Assembly: GCF_964204645.1 (NCBI RefSeq) | Contig: NC_134029.1 | Coordinates: forward strand, 23,926,950-23,990,949 | Direction of reading: 5' to 3' | DNA from: Tubulanus polymorphus | Lineage: Eukaryota; Animalia; Nemertea | Length of the DNA stretch: 64,000 nucleotides | Part shown: piece after piece, positions 39,164 through 52,378 of the stretch | Numbering within the stretch: position 1 is the first letter of the stretch | Layout of the letters: the number at the start of each line of letters is the position of its first letter | Translations under genes and position numbers: made by a program | Notes under the pieces: model-generated | What the model saw: the letters and a program-made list of their open reading frames with translations, nothing else | Databases searched by the model: none | Told to the model about the DNA's origin: nothing

Positions 39164-41703
39164 GCAAGCTGAAACTGATAGTGATCAAATCACCGGATTA
39201 TTAGATTTTATACAAGTATTTTTGGTGCGTCTTCGGGAAACGGTTTACTGAATTCCAGATATAATTTATTAGTTCTTAAAAAGATACGTACATTTTAAAC
39301 ATGTAACCGTTTTTACACATTCTTAGCTAAGAACTCAAATGAAGTATACAAAAAGATTTTCAAGCGCTTCGTAGCGCGGTTCATCGGAAAAAATGATGGA
39401 AGCCACGAAGACCTTGTACCTGTATAATCTTGATGAGCTGTTACAATAAACGCGTCTGAAATATTTCCTATAGCTACCAGTTCATTTCGACGTATCAACT
39501 ATATCCTTGTAGTCAAACAGAGAATTCCTGATGATGACTAAAATAATTGAATATAATCAAAACATCGAAATAAACTACATTTCACAGACTCATTTTTTCT
39601 TTGCGGTATTCTATAGTACCTTGTACCCAGTGAAGGCTGATAGCGAATTTATTTCATCAGCAGATATAAACAAGCATTTTTTTTCCATTCACAAGCAAAA
39701 TCTACAGACAACTCGAGGAATAATTCTACCAAACCGTATCCAATACCGTCTCAAAGCGCCACAGACACGAACGAAATTATAGGACATTATTTATAGGTAA
39801 TGGAATCTATTTGACTGTAGAACGTTTCAAGCAGACGAACTTGGCCCCAAGTAGCACATGAATCACACGTACGATTGTAATCGACGAATTTGTTACTTTT
39901 CATTAGCAGCGAACACAATAATTGATATTCAGTGATATGAATTTTCTTTTTTTAACCCGTGGAAAATATGGAATTTTACAGTTAAGACTGGATAAACTCG
40001 TTTATAATATATTACGATCAGGTGTTTATACAGTACTACAGTGGGTTGAATAATCGTAGACAAAGAATCACTCTGAATTTAGCGCGGTCAAATAAACCGG
40101 CCCTGAACGATATAAATTCTCTAGATCAAAAGATACTAAATATCGGGTAAACAGGTCCGTTTTCAAAATATCTCCGTTAAAACGACAGGTCGCACATAAT
40201 TGACCGATTTATTCGATTTCGATCAAAGCTTATCAACCAGTGCACAATAAGCCAATCTGAATACGATGCAAGAAGCAATTCAATTTCAAAAGCTTGCATG
40301 CACATCATATATATATATATATATACACATACATGTATACCGGTACATGTATATATATATATATATATATATACACTTCATATACATATAGAATGCTATG
40401 ATAATAATTTTTTAAATAGTAGTGAACTTATCTACACAGACATCTATACACGTGTTCACATCCATAGCTGTTTAAATAATAACAAGTAATGTTTATTCAA
40501 GGTCTATAATTTAATTCAATTAGCGTTTCATATATTCATAATCACTGAACTGCATATGGCGCTTCTAAATAGCCATGATTATACGACATTTCAGTGTCGC
40601 ATGCAATCAGGGCTAAAATAACTCCAGGGGCCTAGCTTTCCCAAAATGTATCATTCTTATCAAATTCACGATATATTTGTACGGTTATAAGCTTCAGATT
40701 CACATCCAGTTATACTTTACTTTACTTTGTTAATTTCTTTACTTTTTCTCGAATTTCGATATAGTTTTATTAACTTAGTTTTCATAAACGTACAAATGTA
40801 CATGTATGAATAAATGTACATGTACTCTTTTAATTTCTATTCCGGTTTTCCTCAAAGCAATTCTGGGTACCGGGTATATACGATTTAATACATAATTGCA
40901 TATCTTTTTTTCTTCCATACAAAATAAATAAATCCGCATCATGTCGTCCACCTGTTTATCGTATATTTGCCTGGTGATTTAAGTATGATGTTGCAGGTTT
41001 CAGCCTTGAACATTATATGTGCATCAGCAAGAATTGGCCAATTCGGCCGCAGCGTAAAATCTGGTGGAACACAGGAGTATGAAAATATTCCATATGAAAG
41101 TTGTGCCGTGGTTCCTGATATTGATGCCTATTTCTACCATCCCCATCTCCCGTGAATGCACATTTTACTGAATGAATGGCCCAAACACCATCAAATTACA
41201 ATTTACAAAAATCTCTTCTTAATCAGGCAAGAAAATAAACATCATATATGCGCAAGTGTGCATGCGACTAGTTCGCGCGTTAGAAACATAATTTTCTCAA
41301 AGTTATCACAATCGAAATTAATGAAATAAGCTGCAGTTTTTTAATCCTAACTAACTATGATGAACAGGTCTAGATTGGTGTATAGTGGAATTTTCAAATC
41401 GTTGACAGTAGTTGAGGCTATAATTAATGATTATCCTTCACTGTAGGGACAAATATTAAGCTTGCAGATCATCGAGGGTTCACTGTATATCCGAGATTAA
41501 ATTTACAGTTGATTCGATATGGAATTTTGAAATGTACGAACTTCATAAACACGATATAGACTAGGCACAGTAAACATCATAACTAAATTTGTAGGAAAAT
41601 TATGCTAGGATTTTCCAGTAATTAGGAAATTATACTCGATACTCAACACTTTCTAATAATTAGTTATAGTTTTTAATACTCTTCGTTACTCGTTTAAAAT
41701 ATT

Positions 41704-43649
41704 CTAATCATTTTTGGATTTATTTGCATCGGTTGATGTTTCGTCGTCGATGTCAGAATATTCGGTTGGAGATTCACCCGCTTTCAATAACTTCCCAACG
41801 TAATCGTACTTTTCTGGAAAAAAAAAGATAATTAAAATAAATATCAAGTTGGTCAATGTTCGAATTTCATCGAAAATGAACCAGATTTTCGTTTAGGAAT
41901 AACCAGGCCAGGGTTACATAGATGTGGGATGATGTGGAAGAAAAATAGTCCCTGGGAATGTTTTGAAATTCGTCAGTTAATGGTTAATTCATGGTTTCTC
42001 ATTGTTACTACGGAGGTTGTCACCCAAATTGAGGATTTACCCCTAAGAATAACTTTGATACTCAGTCTATGAAACCGGGCCCAGGTGTTTTGTTGCGCCA
42101 TCTGGTGAGTGCCAGTATCACATTCAACTGATTCAATTCTTCTACTAAATCAATTCACACCCAGTTTTACGTAAATCTAAATCCAATTAGAAGCAGTTAT
42201 CTGGGGGAAGTTGCACGCTAAAATTTAGTGTAGACCCTAGATGGGCTTAGACTGGTCTTAAATCTAAACATTTAGAATGTTTAGATTTAAGCCCATCTCA
42301 GGTCTAAATGCAAACATAAGATTTAAGACTTCTTATGGACTCGAGTCTCACCCTAGGGTCTAGTTTTGAGTGGAATTTTCAAATTTTTGGTATATTGCGA
42401 TAACGCGATGGAATCTCTGCAAGGAAATTGTAATCGAACCTGTAAATTGCATTTCCCATTCTCGAACGCTTTCCATCTGCATACTGTTGAGATCGCTGAG
42501 ATCATCGATATCATCCTTCAATACGTCAGGAGTTAGAGAGAATGTCGCTAGACCTCTGGAAGCATCGCGTCCAGCAAAAACACCGTACGGCCCACCTGTA
42601 TATAAACAAACAATACCATTTACAATCAGTGGTCAGTGACTGGTGTCTAACCATAACCTAACCATAACACTAATATCACTTAGGCCTATGACACTAGTGT
42701 AGTGGGAAATCAACCCAAACACCAGTTAGACAAACTTAGCTAAATTCGACCAGCTTATAACTCAATGCATTAATCAGAAAAACCTAAAGAAAAGGAGCCC
42801 TGAAAGTGCACCAAATATGAGTTAAGATTTCAACTTAATATTTCCTGGGGCAAGGAAAGATATCTCCAATAAAACTGATATTAAAACACTTGTTTGAAGC
42901 TTAGAATTCAGTTGTAATTTAATAACTCCTGTAGTTTTATACTTCAGCTGATCAGGGGTCCGTTGAAATAAAAAGCATATACAACGCTGTTGGATGGGTG
43001 AACATGACAAATTTGTCCAAAAGTGGGTAAGAGTTAACCAATGGATAGTTGTCTTGGTGACAATATTGTAAGCTCACTGTTCTATGATATTCAACCATTG
43101 GTTGCCGTCTTTGAGCAACTGGCCCCTGATTAGAGATGCACGTGCCACTACAGATAAACTGAAATATCTATGAATTTAAATCGTCTGGCATCTGTCGCAC
43201 GTATTTTGACTGGTTTGTTGTGAATATTGGTAACAGGTGTTTGAATGTTTATCACACCCCGGCCCGGGCCTGCGCTGCGCTCCAGGACCAATTAACATTT
43301 AAACAGAGATGCAAAAATAGGATCATCACTAACCTGGTCCGTAAAATCGTTTTCCACGAGTTACATCGAATACTTTGCCGTTGACAGCCATCAGAATTCT
43401 GCCGTGTTCACCAGTGCCGTCAAACTGACGTAATTCGTTCAAATAGAAATCCCGTTTCTTCAGTTTCGGTATTTCTGGTTTTACGACCGGTTTCGATCTG
43501 TTGCGGGAAGAGAAGATTTTATAAATCAACACGAGACATATTACTAGTAATATTACGTTGATCGGAGACGTCAATAGTTCGGCGAGAACGTCCGCAACTG
43601 CTCCGTTTTCTGACGTGTCTTTCTCGATCGGTTTCGCCTCGTCCGCCAT
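41704..43649 (-). CDS. PGRMC1: Membrane-associated progesterone receptor component (PGRMC/MAPR, cytochrome b5-like heme/steroid-binding); 3 exons
   Basis: Exons ~43334-43649, ~42440-42596, 41704-~41813: N-terminal TM helix, [43 protein letters not shown]...[33 protein letters not shown]. Likely co-ortholog of PGRMC1 and PGRMC2. Confidence 0.95.
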
Positions 43650-45356
43650 GTTGTTTTATTCGATGACGCTAAGGGTTAGTTCACACCTAACAGCGCAGGA
43701 TCGATGAGTTGAGTTCGAGTCCCGTTATATATTATGACACTATTCCGATTCCGCCGATTAACGGTACGTATCGAGTTTGAGTTAAATAAGTTTAATTTCA
43801 CCACGCCGTATAACGTTGCGGTCACAATTATTAAGTCTGAATCTTTGACAATAATCCTCTAACGTTACCAAATATAGGAGCCTACTCATATATTCAGTCC
43901 TCCCCTTGTCCCTCGCGCGGCTGTCCTCGAGATCAGCCGACTACGTTTCCCCGCCCAAGACACGTGACTGTGACAAATCTATAGTGGTTCTAAACTGCAG
44001 TATACTTTAGTGCTCGCTTCGACAAATTTTGAAAATCTAGCCATGTCCATAAAAGGATGGCGGCCAGTTGTATCCAGTGTGCGCAGAAACTTGAACTTTT
44101 TGCAAAAAAACAAATGGATTCGACCGACCCTAATCCACAAAGATACGTCCATAGGATACTCGCGTATACTTACAAATCCTGCATAAATACATATATACTT
44201 ACGCCATCACTTTTCTGGGATTGAAAATTGAAGAATCAATCTACAGAGAGACCTAGTAGTTCTATCGACAGCGCTGTGGTAACTGAGATGATACGCGAGA
44301 AGATCTCATCGTGTTGCCAACCGTTCAAGATCGATAGCTACGTGGTATACATAATTAGAAAATTCCCATTAAGTTTACGGTTTTTGTTAATGTCATCAGA
44401 AAAGGTGATTTATTTCTATGAAGCAATTTGTCAATTTTATGGTCGTCTAGTTTGTGAGGCACGTAGTTTTTACCATATTCTGCTGTATTTCTACTCAATG
44501 GAACCCAGTTCGAACTTCGGTGACTCGATAGTGATGACACCATTAAATCATCAAAATATTTCACTACTCTAATTTATACGTCCATGGATAAAGCAATGCC
44601 GGTGTGGATTTGGCCAAACCTGCGTACTAGGGTACCTAGTCCTATAAATCAGTGTTCAATATGAATTGTTTTCTTTTTGGATCTATAAGTGTACTGATAT
44701 ACTTATAAGTCCATTACGTACGCATAAACTTAGGCCCAGGTTACGTTCGCCACAGATTTTTTCGCATTCCCGAAACCTACGCGCTATGATAATCAAAACA
44801 CAAATAACCCGCACTGAAAGCTTCCGTGTTAATGTCTAAGAAAGTGTAGACCCAGTGTAGCTGGGCGAGATTTTTCTGATTAGCTGTTTTCCTTTCATCA
44901 ATCATCGACAGTAGTAATTACTACGTCATCTCAACCAGCCTTATTAACGTACCTGTATATATATATACCTTTAATGGATTTCCTTTCATTCTCAGCCGGG
45001 TATGAAACAACTGCAACCCATTCAATGTACATTTCTTGCTATTCCGAATAAATTCGTTGAAGATTCATTGATCAGTGTATATCATTGTGTACGAACAAAA
45101 CATGGTTGGATAACTTGATTATCGTCCGTATATTTTCCTTTCACTCCGAGCGTATGAAAAACGCATAGTTTTTTTTCTTTGGGGCAGGGTTTGCGTCCAC
45201 TCCATCCACTGAACCGACTTGGAAGGGTCTATTGACGTGCAACTTTCGGCTGAGTGTAAAATACAGGTGCAAGATTGTAGGAACATATTTCATACGTTAG
45301 TAGTGAATCGGATCTTCATTTTGACGTGATTCGAAGATTCGCCGACTGTGATACCA

Positions 45357-45431
45357 CTGGTGGCTGGGTGACTGGGTGACTGTGTGACTGGGCGACTGAG
45401 TGACTGGGCGACTGGGCGACAGGGTGACTGG
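45357..45431. repeat. 8-bp microsatellite-like repeat (G(T/C)GACTGG)n
   Basis: About 8 imperfect units. Confidence 0.7.
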
Positions 45432-45870
45432 AACTTCTTAACCGCGGATTCTAACATTTGACCGTTTCTTGTGTTCAGAGTACACCCATATGAAGAAACA
45501 TCAGAAACTTTTAACTATCACGGACATCTCAACAATCTAATCATCAATGCGAACTTGTTGAGCAACTCATATGAACTTTTCATATCAATATTGTAACTAA
45601 CAATGTACCTCGTAGGCCAGACTTTTCCCATCTTGTTACCGAGTTTTACAATCAACTAATATTGATATCTATTTATGCTCGTGTGATTTTAAAAAGTAGC
45701 GGTGAATCTTGAAACAGTTTTTTTGTCGCAAGAAAATAGTGGCGCCGTATTGGCTGCATACAACTAAATCGTTATCGCTAAATAATTGATTATGGATATC
45801 TGATTCATAATAATGGGCATTATGGATTATTAATAGTTTTTTATTTGCTGAGAATAAGGTTAGAGGAATA

Positions 45871-46905
45871 ATGATGTCATCGACATTTCCGAATCAGTCG
45901 TCGAATAGTGGTAACGATTCCACTATTGCTCTCGTCGACCCGACCTACTATGGCTTGCCACTTTACACGTCCATTGTACTGGACACGCCGCGCAGTCAAA
46001 CTGCCACTTCTTCTATGCGTTATTACAATCTGATCGTGCTACCAATCGTCGCTATAGCCGGGATATTCGGTAACATTTGCAGTTTTCTCGTGATGACAAG
46101 CCGTAAATTCCGCGTTTTCTCCTACTCCCAGTATCTCGCCGGACTGGCTGTGTTCGACATGATCACTCTGTTCGCCTATACAGTTCCCTTTCTGAACTAC
46201 GTATCTTTGCCTCGCTTCGTTATGACATACTCCAGTAATATCTCATGCGCCGTTCACGAATATATCTGCATGGTGAACGACACTATCAGTTCTTGGATGG
46301 TAATCGTTATTACAGCCGAACGTTTCGCTATCGTAGTCTGGCCATTTTCGGCTAGAACTATCGCAACGCCTAGCTTCTCGCGGAAAGTCGTCGTCGCCCT
46401 GGCGGTCATCATCTATTGCGTCTATATCTACTTATTAATCATAGTCGAATACAAGCATCATATCAACAGAAAAACGTGCGTCATGGCGAATCGATGGAGA
46501 AGCGTTCATTTTCAAATAGCGACTGTTATCACGGTTTACTTTCCCACATTCTGTATCCTTGCTCTTAACGCTATGTTGTCGATTATTCTGCGACGAAGCC
46601 AGTCTTTTGGTGCTGGTGCCACGAAGGCAGCTTCGACTAGGAAAGCGACGGTTATGGTAATGACGGTATCCATATTATTTGTAATTTTCACCTATCCAAC
46701 TGCGTCGTTTATGCTTATTTCAACATTTATTAGTATTTCACCCGAAGCGATCATGGTCGGATCTTCGATTACCGGTAGTCTATACGCCGCTAACAGTGCC
46801 ATCAATTTCTACGTGTATATTCTGGCCGGGGATGAAGTGAAAAACTTCGTGGTCGAAAAAATCCGAAGTTGGATCGACTCAATGCGACACTTCTGTAATC
46901 ATTAG
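45871..46905 (+). CDS. Class A GPCR, orphan peptide-receptor-like; single coding exon
   Basis: 344 aa with 7 TM helices; GIFGN, LAVFD, TAERF, TYP (TM6), NSAINFYVYILAG; N-terminal N-glycosylation sequons NQS and NDS. Confidence 0.9.
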   Translation: MMSSTFPNQSSNSGNDSTIALVDPTYYGLPLYTSIVLDTPRSQTATSSMRYYNLIVLPIVAIAGIFGNICSFLVMTSRKFRVFSYSQYLAGLAVFDMITLFAYTVPFLNYVSLPRFVMTYSSNISCAVHEYICMVNDTISSWMVIVITAERFAIVVWPFSARTIATPSFSRKVVVALAVIIYCVYIYLLIIVEYKHHINRKTCVMANRWRSVHFQIATVITVYFPTFCILALNAMLSIILRRSQSFGAGATKAASTRKATVMVMTVSILFVIFTYPTASFMLISTFISISPEAIMVGSSITGSLYAANSAINFYVYILAGDEVKNFVVEKIRSWIDSMRHFCNH

Positions 46906-47633
46906 AAAATGTACACGAAACATGAAATCTATGTACAACATATAGATACACTTTTTAAGGAGGAAAATAGCCCCAGGCGATGTTTGGATGTTTTTGATAT
47001 TCACAGCTGGTATGCTTAGGTTAAAATATCCCGAAAGTTGGAAAATATAGATTTGATAAGTAAATTACATGCTATTACATGTTTACAGTAACGACAGGAG
47101 GTTCACAATTATGTATCATTACACCGCGAGATTGAAACATCGGACCACAAACATAGACACGCGAACTATCGATTGCAGAAATGGATTCTTTTTTAATGTT
47201 ATTTGAATATTTGATTAGGAGTCAGGTTAGTGCATTGTGAAGATCAATAGGTGTTTTACATGCGTACATGAAGTACATTTGGACAACAACTAAATATCCG
47301 ATATTATACCAGTTCTGTACGAATAAAAGGGATTGTCTACTTTATAATCAAGTTGAATAAAAGAAAAAGCCCTCATTTTGTGAAATTTCCATGCTAACTA
47401 TATAAAGTTGTGGGGTCACAGCAATAAAATCAGGGTGTCTGCGTCGGTAACATCAGATATAAAGGTTCGTGGTCAATGTCCGCCATACTTGCTTCGAATC
47501 TTTAAATGCAAAAATTGCTCAATGGAAAGATTGAATAAACGAAGATTTGAAAAAAATTCAATAGAACTGTTTATATTTTGATCAAAATGATACCGTCATG
47601 AGAATGGTGTTCACCTCAAATTGGGTGATCGAA

Positions 47634-48395
47634 TCATTTCGCACGAAATTCATCTAAGTTGAGAGACATGTGTTGGATACATATCATAAAAACAGAACGA
47701 AATCGTTCGTATTCAATTAAACCACGTTTGAATCCGTATCTTGAATACAGCCTTAGACCTGCTATTTGTTCGGTCACCGCGGACAGGTGAATCCTGTCAT
47801 AGTTATTCTGTTTACAGAACTCGACGCAATGATCCAGTAATTTACGACCTATTGATAAACCTCTAAACGATACATCAACCACCATTCGCTTCAGTTCCGC
47901 TATTTTTACATCGCTATCGACATCGGAATCCAGTTTCCCGCTGGAGACGTTTCTATATTTCGAATATTCCTCCAACCGTTCGTGCAAAGAATCTTCATTT
48001 ACGATAGCCGCATAACCGACAATTCTACCGTTTATTTCAGCTACGAAAAAGTTCGAGTCCGGTTCTGATTGATAAACATTCTCTATATCTCTCAAATCGC
48101 CGCAACAGAATCGAGGAAAAGCACCGAAATACAAGCAATAGTATAAAGTTCTTACGAATAGAAATATCAGCGGTGCAGCTAACCCCAGTAGAAATGAACC
48201 AGTCACCGCAAAAGTGACCAGCGCCAAAGAGAGTAAAATCACTTGAATATAAGTTTGTTTCACGGCATTCGGAAGTCCATCCGTGTAGCCAGTTCGATAG
48301 TTATTAGCGTCCAATATATGAACTATCCGTTTTATATCGTCGTAACCGTGTCGATAAGGACGTACTGAAACTTCCAATTGATCAGAGGCAGACAT
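47634..48395 (-). CDS. NAT8/Camello-like GNAT N-acetyltransferase, copy 1 (intact)
   Basis: VRPY N-terminus, hydrophobic membrane segment, DLRDIENVY..NFFVAEINGRIVG, AELKRMVVDVSFRGLSIGRKLL (acetyl-CoA motif A), LYSRYGF. Confidence 0.92.
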   Translation of the reverse strand: MSASDQLEVSVRPYRHGYDDIKRIVHILDANNYRTGYTDGLPNAVKQTYIQVILLSLALVTFAVTGSFLLGLAAPLIFLFVRTLYYCLYFGAFPRFCCGDLRDIENVYQSEPDSNFFVAEINGRIVGYAAIVNEDSLHERLEEYSKYRNVSSGKLDSDVDSDVKIAELKRMVVDVSFRGLSIGRKLLDHCVEFCKQNNYDRIHLSAVTEQIAGLRLYSRYGFKRGLIEYERFRSVFMICIQHMSLNLDEFRAK

Positions 48396-50131
48396 TAAGC
48401 TTTAAATCAAAAGCAGATCCTACTACAAGTGGACGGTTACTCTTCAAGCCTTTGTGCTTCTATAATCTGTGACCGAAATAAAAACAGCACCAACGACCCT
48501 ATACCAGAACGGAGCTTTATCTAGACTCGTGATCTAGACTATATATCTATAGATTCTAGTCGTGATCTAGACTAGTGTCACGGCCATATAGTGCCATACA
48601 AATGTCAGTGTATGCACTTGACGTCATAGTGCACCTTATTGGCAAACCGCTATCCGAGACAAAGGTCAGAATAACATCAACTCAATATGAATGAATTTTC
48701 CGTATTGTTACTAGTCTAAATTTCGAGTGAGTCAAATAACTATGGCATAGATATCCTGTCAAAATTAAACATCAAATTCACTCGTCAAACTTTCATATTT
48801 TACCCGTCAAAATTAAACATCGAATTTTCTCGTCAACTCAACATAAAATGGTCGTCAAAACATCGTATTTGACGCGTCAAATATGATCTCGCATTACCTA
48901 GTTGCTATCGTAGATATACTGTCAAAACTCGTTATCATTTGACGCGTCAAAATCGCTATCGTAGATATACTGTCAAAATTCAAACTTCGTATGTACCAAT
49001 TACCCGTCAAAATCACCGTTTTTACCCGTCAAATTACGCATCAAACCACGTATTTGGATGGGTATTTGGACCAGGTTTTGCACGGTGGCGCATAATTAGG
49101 AAGGCAACCAGTCTATTGTTTTAGCATACGGCGAATCTAGAAACATTAAAACTCGTCAGTTTTGTATCATATCAACGATATTCCGTGATCCATTCGATAG
49201 ATTGTTATTCGTCGATTATTGAAAACATTTTGGAGTGATAAATTCAATTGATTCAAATACCAAGATATTTAGCATTTCGTTACTTCGATTTTACAGCAAG
49301 AAATATTTTTGACCTTTCAACTTCGGACCAATAGAATAATCTAAGTAAAAATTCAAAAAACGTTCAAATTGCTTGTTTTTGTTTTAGTTTTAGTTTTGAA
49401 TTTATTTTGCATTTCAAAATTCCATTACAAAATAGAAAAATTGACAGGGTTTCGTGTGAATTAATTACAATATAGAGTAATAGTGAAAATGCAGGAGACC
49501 CAGAGAAATCAAAAAGTGACTTACACGAATCCGGGCCCCCTAACTCGAAAAAGACGCACGCACGCACTTAATAAACTTATTCTATTCAAACTATACTAAA
49601 CCTATGCGCGATAAGACTGACGGCTGCTACCGCACGAGGTAGAACGAATGTAAGACAAATGAATCAAGTTGATTTCGTGGAATTGCTTTGATAAGAAGAA
49701 CACTTTATTTCCTTCGAACGGCGAGAGACGTAAATAGTGCAACTAGAATAAACCAGAATTCATCATGTGATTTCCATAAACCGGTTATCAATATTCAAAC
49801 AGAACAAAATAAATATGAACGAGTTGACATTTATTGTTCTTGTAAATTTCCTGGACGACGACCGCATGGATTGTAAGGAGGGATCATTCTAAAAGTAAAT
49901 GATATTACGCCAGAAACGATAAGAGAAATGTAGAGCACAAGTTTTGCACTAGAAACGAGACGCGATATTCAAGTATCTTGTGACATTACAGATAACACGA
50001 TCATCTTTGGAATCTAGTTAATTCTACTGATAATCTAAATTACTATCACCACTGTGAAGTATTTGCCGGTAATTTTCCATTTAACCTCAAAGCTATAAGT
50101 ATCTGAACACATCAGACGCTTTCTTCGTGCT

Positions 50132-50874
50132 TTAAGATTTATCAATTAAAGATAAAGACATGTGGTGCATCCATACCATCAGTATGTGGAATCTCTTTTC
50201 ACATTCAATAAAGTCTAGTTTAAATCCATATTTTGAATAAAGCCTTATGGCTGCTATTTGTTCACTGGATGTAGTTAAATGAATCCTGTTATAGTTATTC
50301 TGTTTACAGAACTTGACGCAGTGATCCAGTAATTTACGACCTATTGATAAACCTCTAAACGATACATCAACCGCCATTCGCTTCAGTTCAGCTATTTCTA
50401 CATCGTTATCAGAATCTAGTTTTCCACTGGAGACGTTTCTATATTTCGAATATTCCTCCAACCGTTCGTGTAAAGAATCCAATTTCGTAATGGCCACACA
50501 GCCGACAATTCTACCGTTTATTTCAGCTACGAAAAAGTTCGAGTCCGGTTCTGTCTGGTACAAACCAGCGATATTGTTGAAATCATCACAGTAATATGTA
50601 ACTAAACAAAGAAATGATAAATTTGTAAATTGTTCTCACGCAAAGGAACGTAAGGTACGCTTGCTATTCCTAAAATAAGTGAACCAGTCATCGAATAGAT
50701 AGATAACAATATGATGAAAACATACGCGTGTGTAGAAGTCCTTTTCAGCGCATATGGAAGCCCTTGTGTGGACGGAATTCGACAGATACTTGTAGTGTAC
50801 ATAGGAATTAATTCGTCGACATTGTCACTATTGTTCCCGTATGGACGTACCACCACATCCGTTTCAGAATACAC
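50132..50874 (-). pseudogene. NAT8/Camello-like copy 2, frameshifted
   Basis: The paralogous start codon reads GTG. Homology switches frame twice between ~50600 and 50660 (GIASV / TFLCVRTIYKF / YYCDDFNNIAGLYQTEPD). The catalytic half 50132-50600 is open. Confidence 0.75.
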
Positions 50875-51220
50875 TAATTCACTAAACAGATAGACGCACC
50901 GTATTTTTGGTTTTGAACGAGTGATTTAGAAACGAGTATATACAATCACCTGGATTAGCTTTCATCATCTCAAAATCCAGAACAGAGAGGTCGGAAATAG
51001 TTGGCAAACAGGTTTTGTACACATGCCACAAATAGCTGATTACATAAAAAAGCTATTTAATCTGCACCCAGAAAAAGTGATCAACCAGGACATAAAATAA
51101 ATATGGTTGATTCCGATTGTGCAGTCTATGTACTTGTTGGTCTTGTCTAGCTGAAATTACTTCAGCTAATTACATGACATGAGACTGACTTGAATGATAA
51201 TGATTTCTCAAAATGGTATT

Positions 51221-51967
51221 TTATCTACTAAGAGATAGAGACATGCGATGTGCATATACATGTAATACTGATAAACTGAATTCAGTTTTTACTGAGTCCA
51301 GTTTGAATCCGTATTTTGAATACAATCTTTGGGACGCTATTTGTTCACCAGTTGTCGTTAAATGAATGTTGTCATAGCTGTTTTGTTTACAGAACTCGAC
51401 GCAGTGATCCAGTAATTTACGACCTATTGATAAACCTCTAAACGATACATCAACAACCATTCGCTTCAGTTCCGCTAATTTTTCATTGTTAACAACATCG
51501 GATTCTAGTTTTCCATCGGAGACGTTTCCTTTTCCTTGTATCGAATATTCCTCTAATTTTCCAGGCAAAGATTCCAAGTTTACGATGGCTGCGCAGCCGA
51601 CAATTCTACCATTTATTCTAGCTACGAAAAAGTTCGAATCGGCCTCTGTTTGGTACAAATCAGCGATGTTCCGGAGGTCATCGTAACAGTATTTCATATA
51701 ATAAAAGTAAATCATGGATTTATATAAAGTTCTCATGCACAGGAAAGCGAATGTGGCTCCTAATACTAAAATGAATGAACCCGTCAACGCGTAGGTTGAT
51801 ATTGATAGAATAAGTAAAATCACTCGAATATAAGTGTGTCTCAGTGCGTGCGGAAGCCCCTCGGTGAAAGCGATCTGGTAGTAACTTGTTTTGAAAATAC
51901 GGATGATCTGTTCAACATTGTCGCCTTGTCGATAAGGTCGTATCATAATTTGCGAATCTGTAGACAT
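51221..51967 (-). CDS. NAT8/Camello-like GNAT, copy 3 (intact)
   Basis: 248 aa ORF with the same motifs as copy 1. Confidence 0.92.
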   Translation of the reverse strand: MSTDSQIMIRPYRQGDNVEQIIRIFKTSYYQIAFTEGLPHALRHTYIRVILLILSISTYALTGSFILVLGATFAFLCMRTLYKSMIYFYYMKYCYDDLRNIADLYQTEADSNFFVARINGRIVGCAAIVNLESLPGKLEEYSIQGKGNVSDGKLESDVVNNEKLAELKRMVVDVSFRGLSIGRKLLDHCVEFCKQNSYDNIHLTTTGEQIASQRLYSKYGFKLDSVKTEFSLSVLHVYAHRMSLSLSR

Positions 51968-52378
51968 GTTTAGCAGGGCTTATGTTAATTGGCTTTGGCA
52001 CCAGCAAGCAGAAAACAGGTCCGTTCGAATCTAAAATGAACAGATTAAGGCCCGATGAAATTAATACCTTCATATCCAGGTAACGATGGTTTTCTCCTAG
52101 CGAGGAATTGATATCTCCATAAATTGGGAGAGTATTATTTTATAGATTGCAGATTGTGCGCTATATCTACGCACAACATTCATTAACAGAAGTTTATATG
52201 CTTATCAGGATCGAGTTATAGGAACAGTGTAGTAGTTGGCTTGCATATACATGATCACTGTTGGCAATATGGCAGTAAAATGATTTGGTATCATGCACCA
52301 GAGTTTGCTATGCTCGGAAAAAAGTTCAAAACATGCCATTTGACCAGTAAGTAGGTCATCAGTTGGCCATCTTGAATC

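Noticed and set aside
42645-42675. Telomere-like or telomerase-template-like CTAACC repeats
   Set aside because: Short, degenerate and intronic; no regular TTAGGG array
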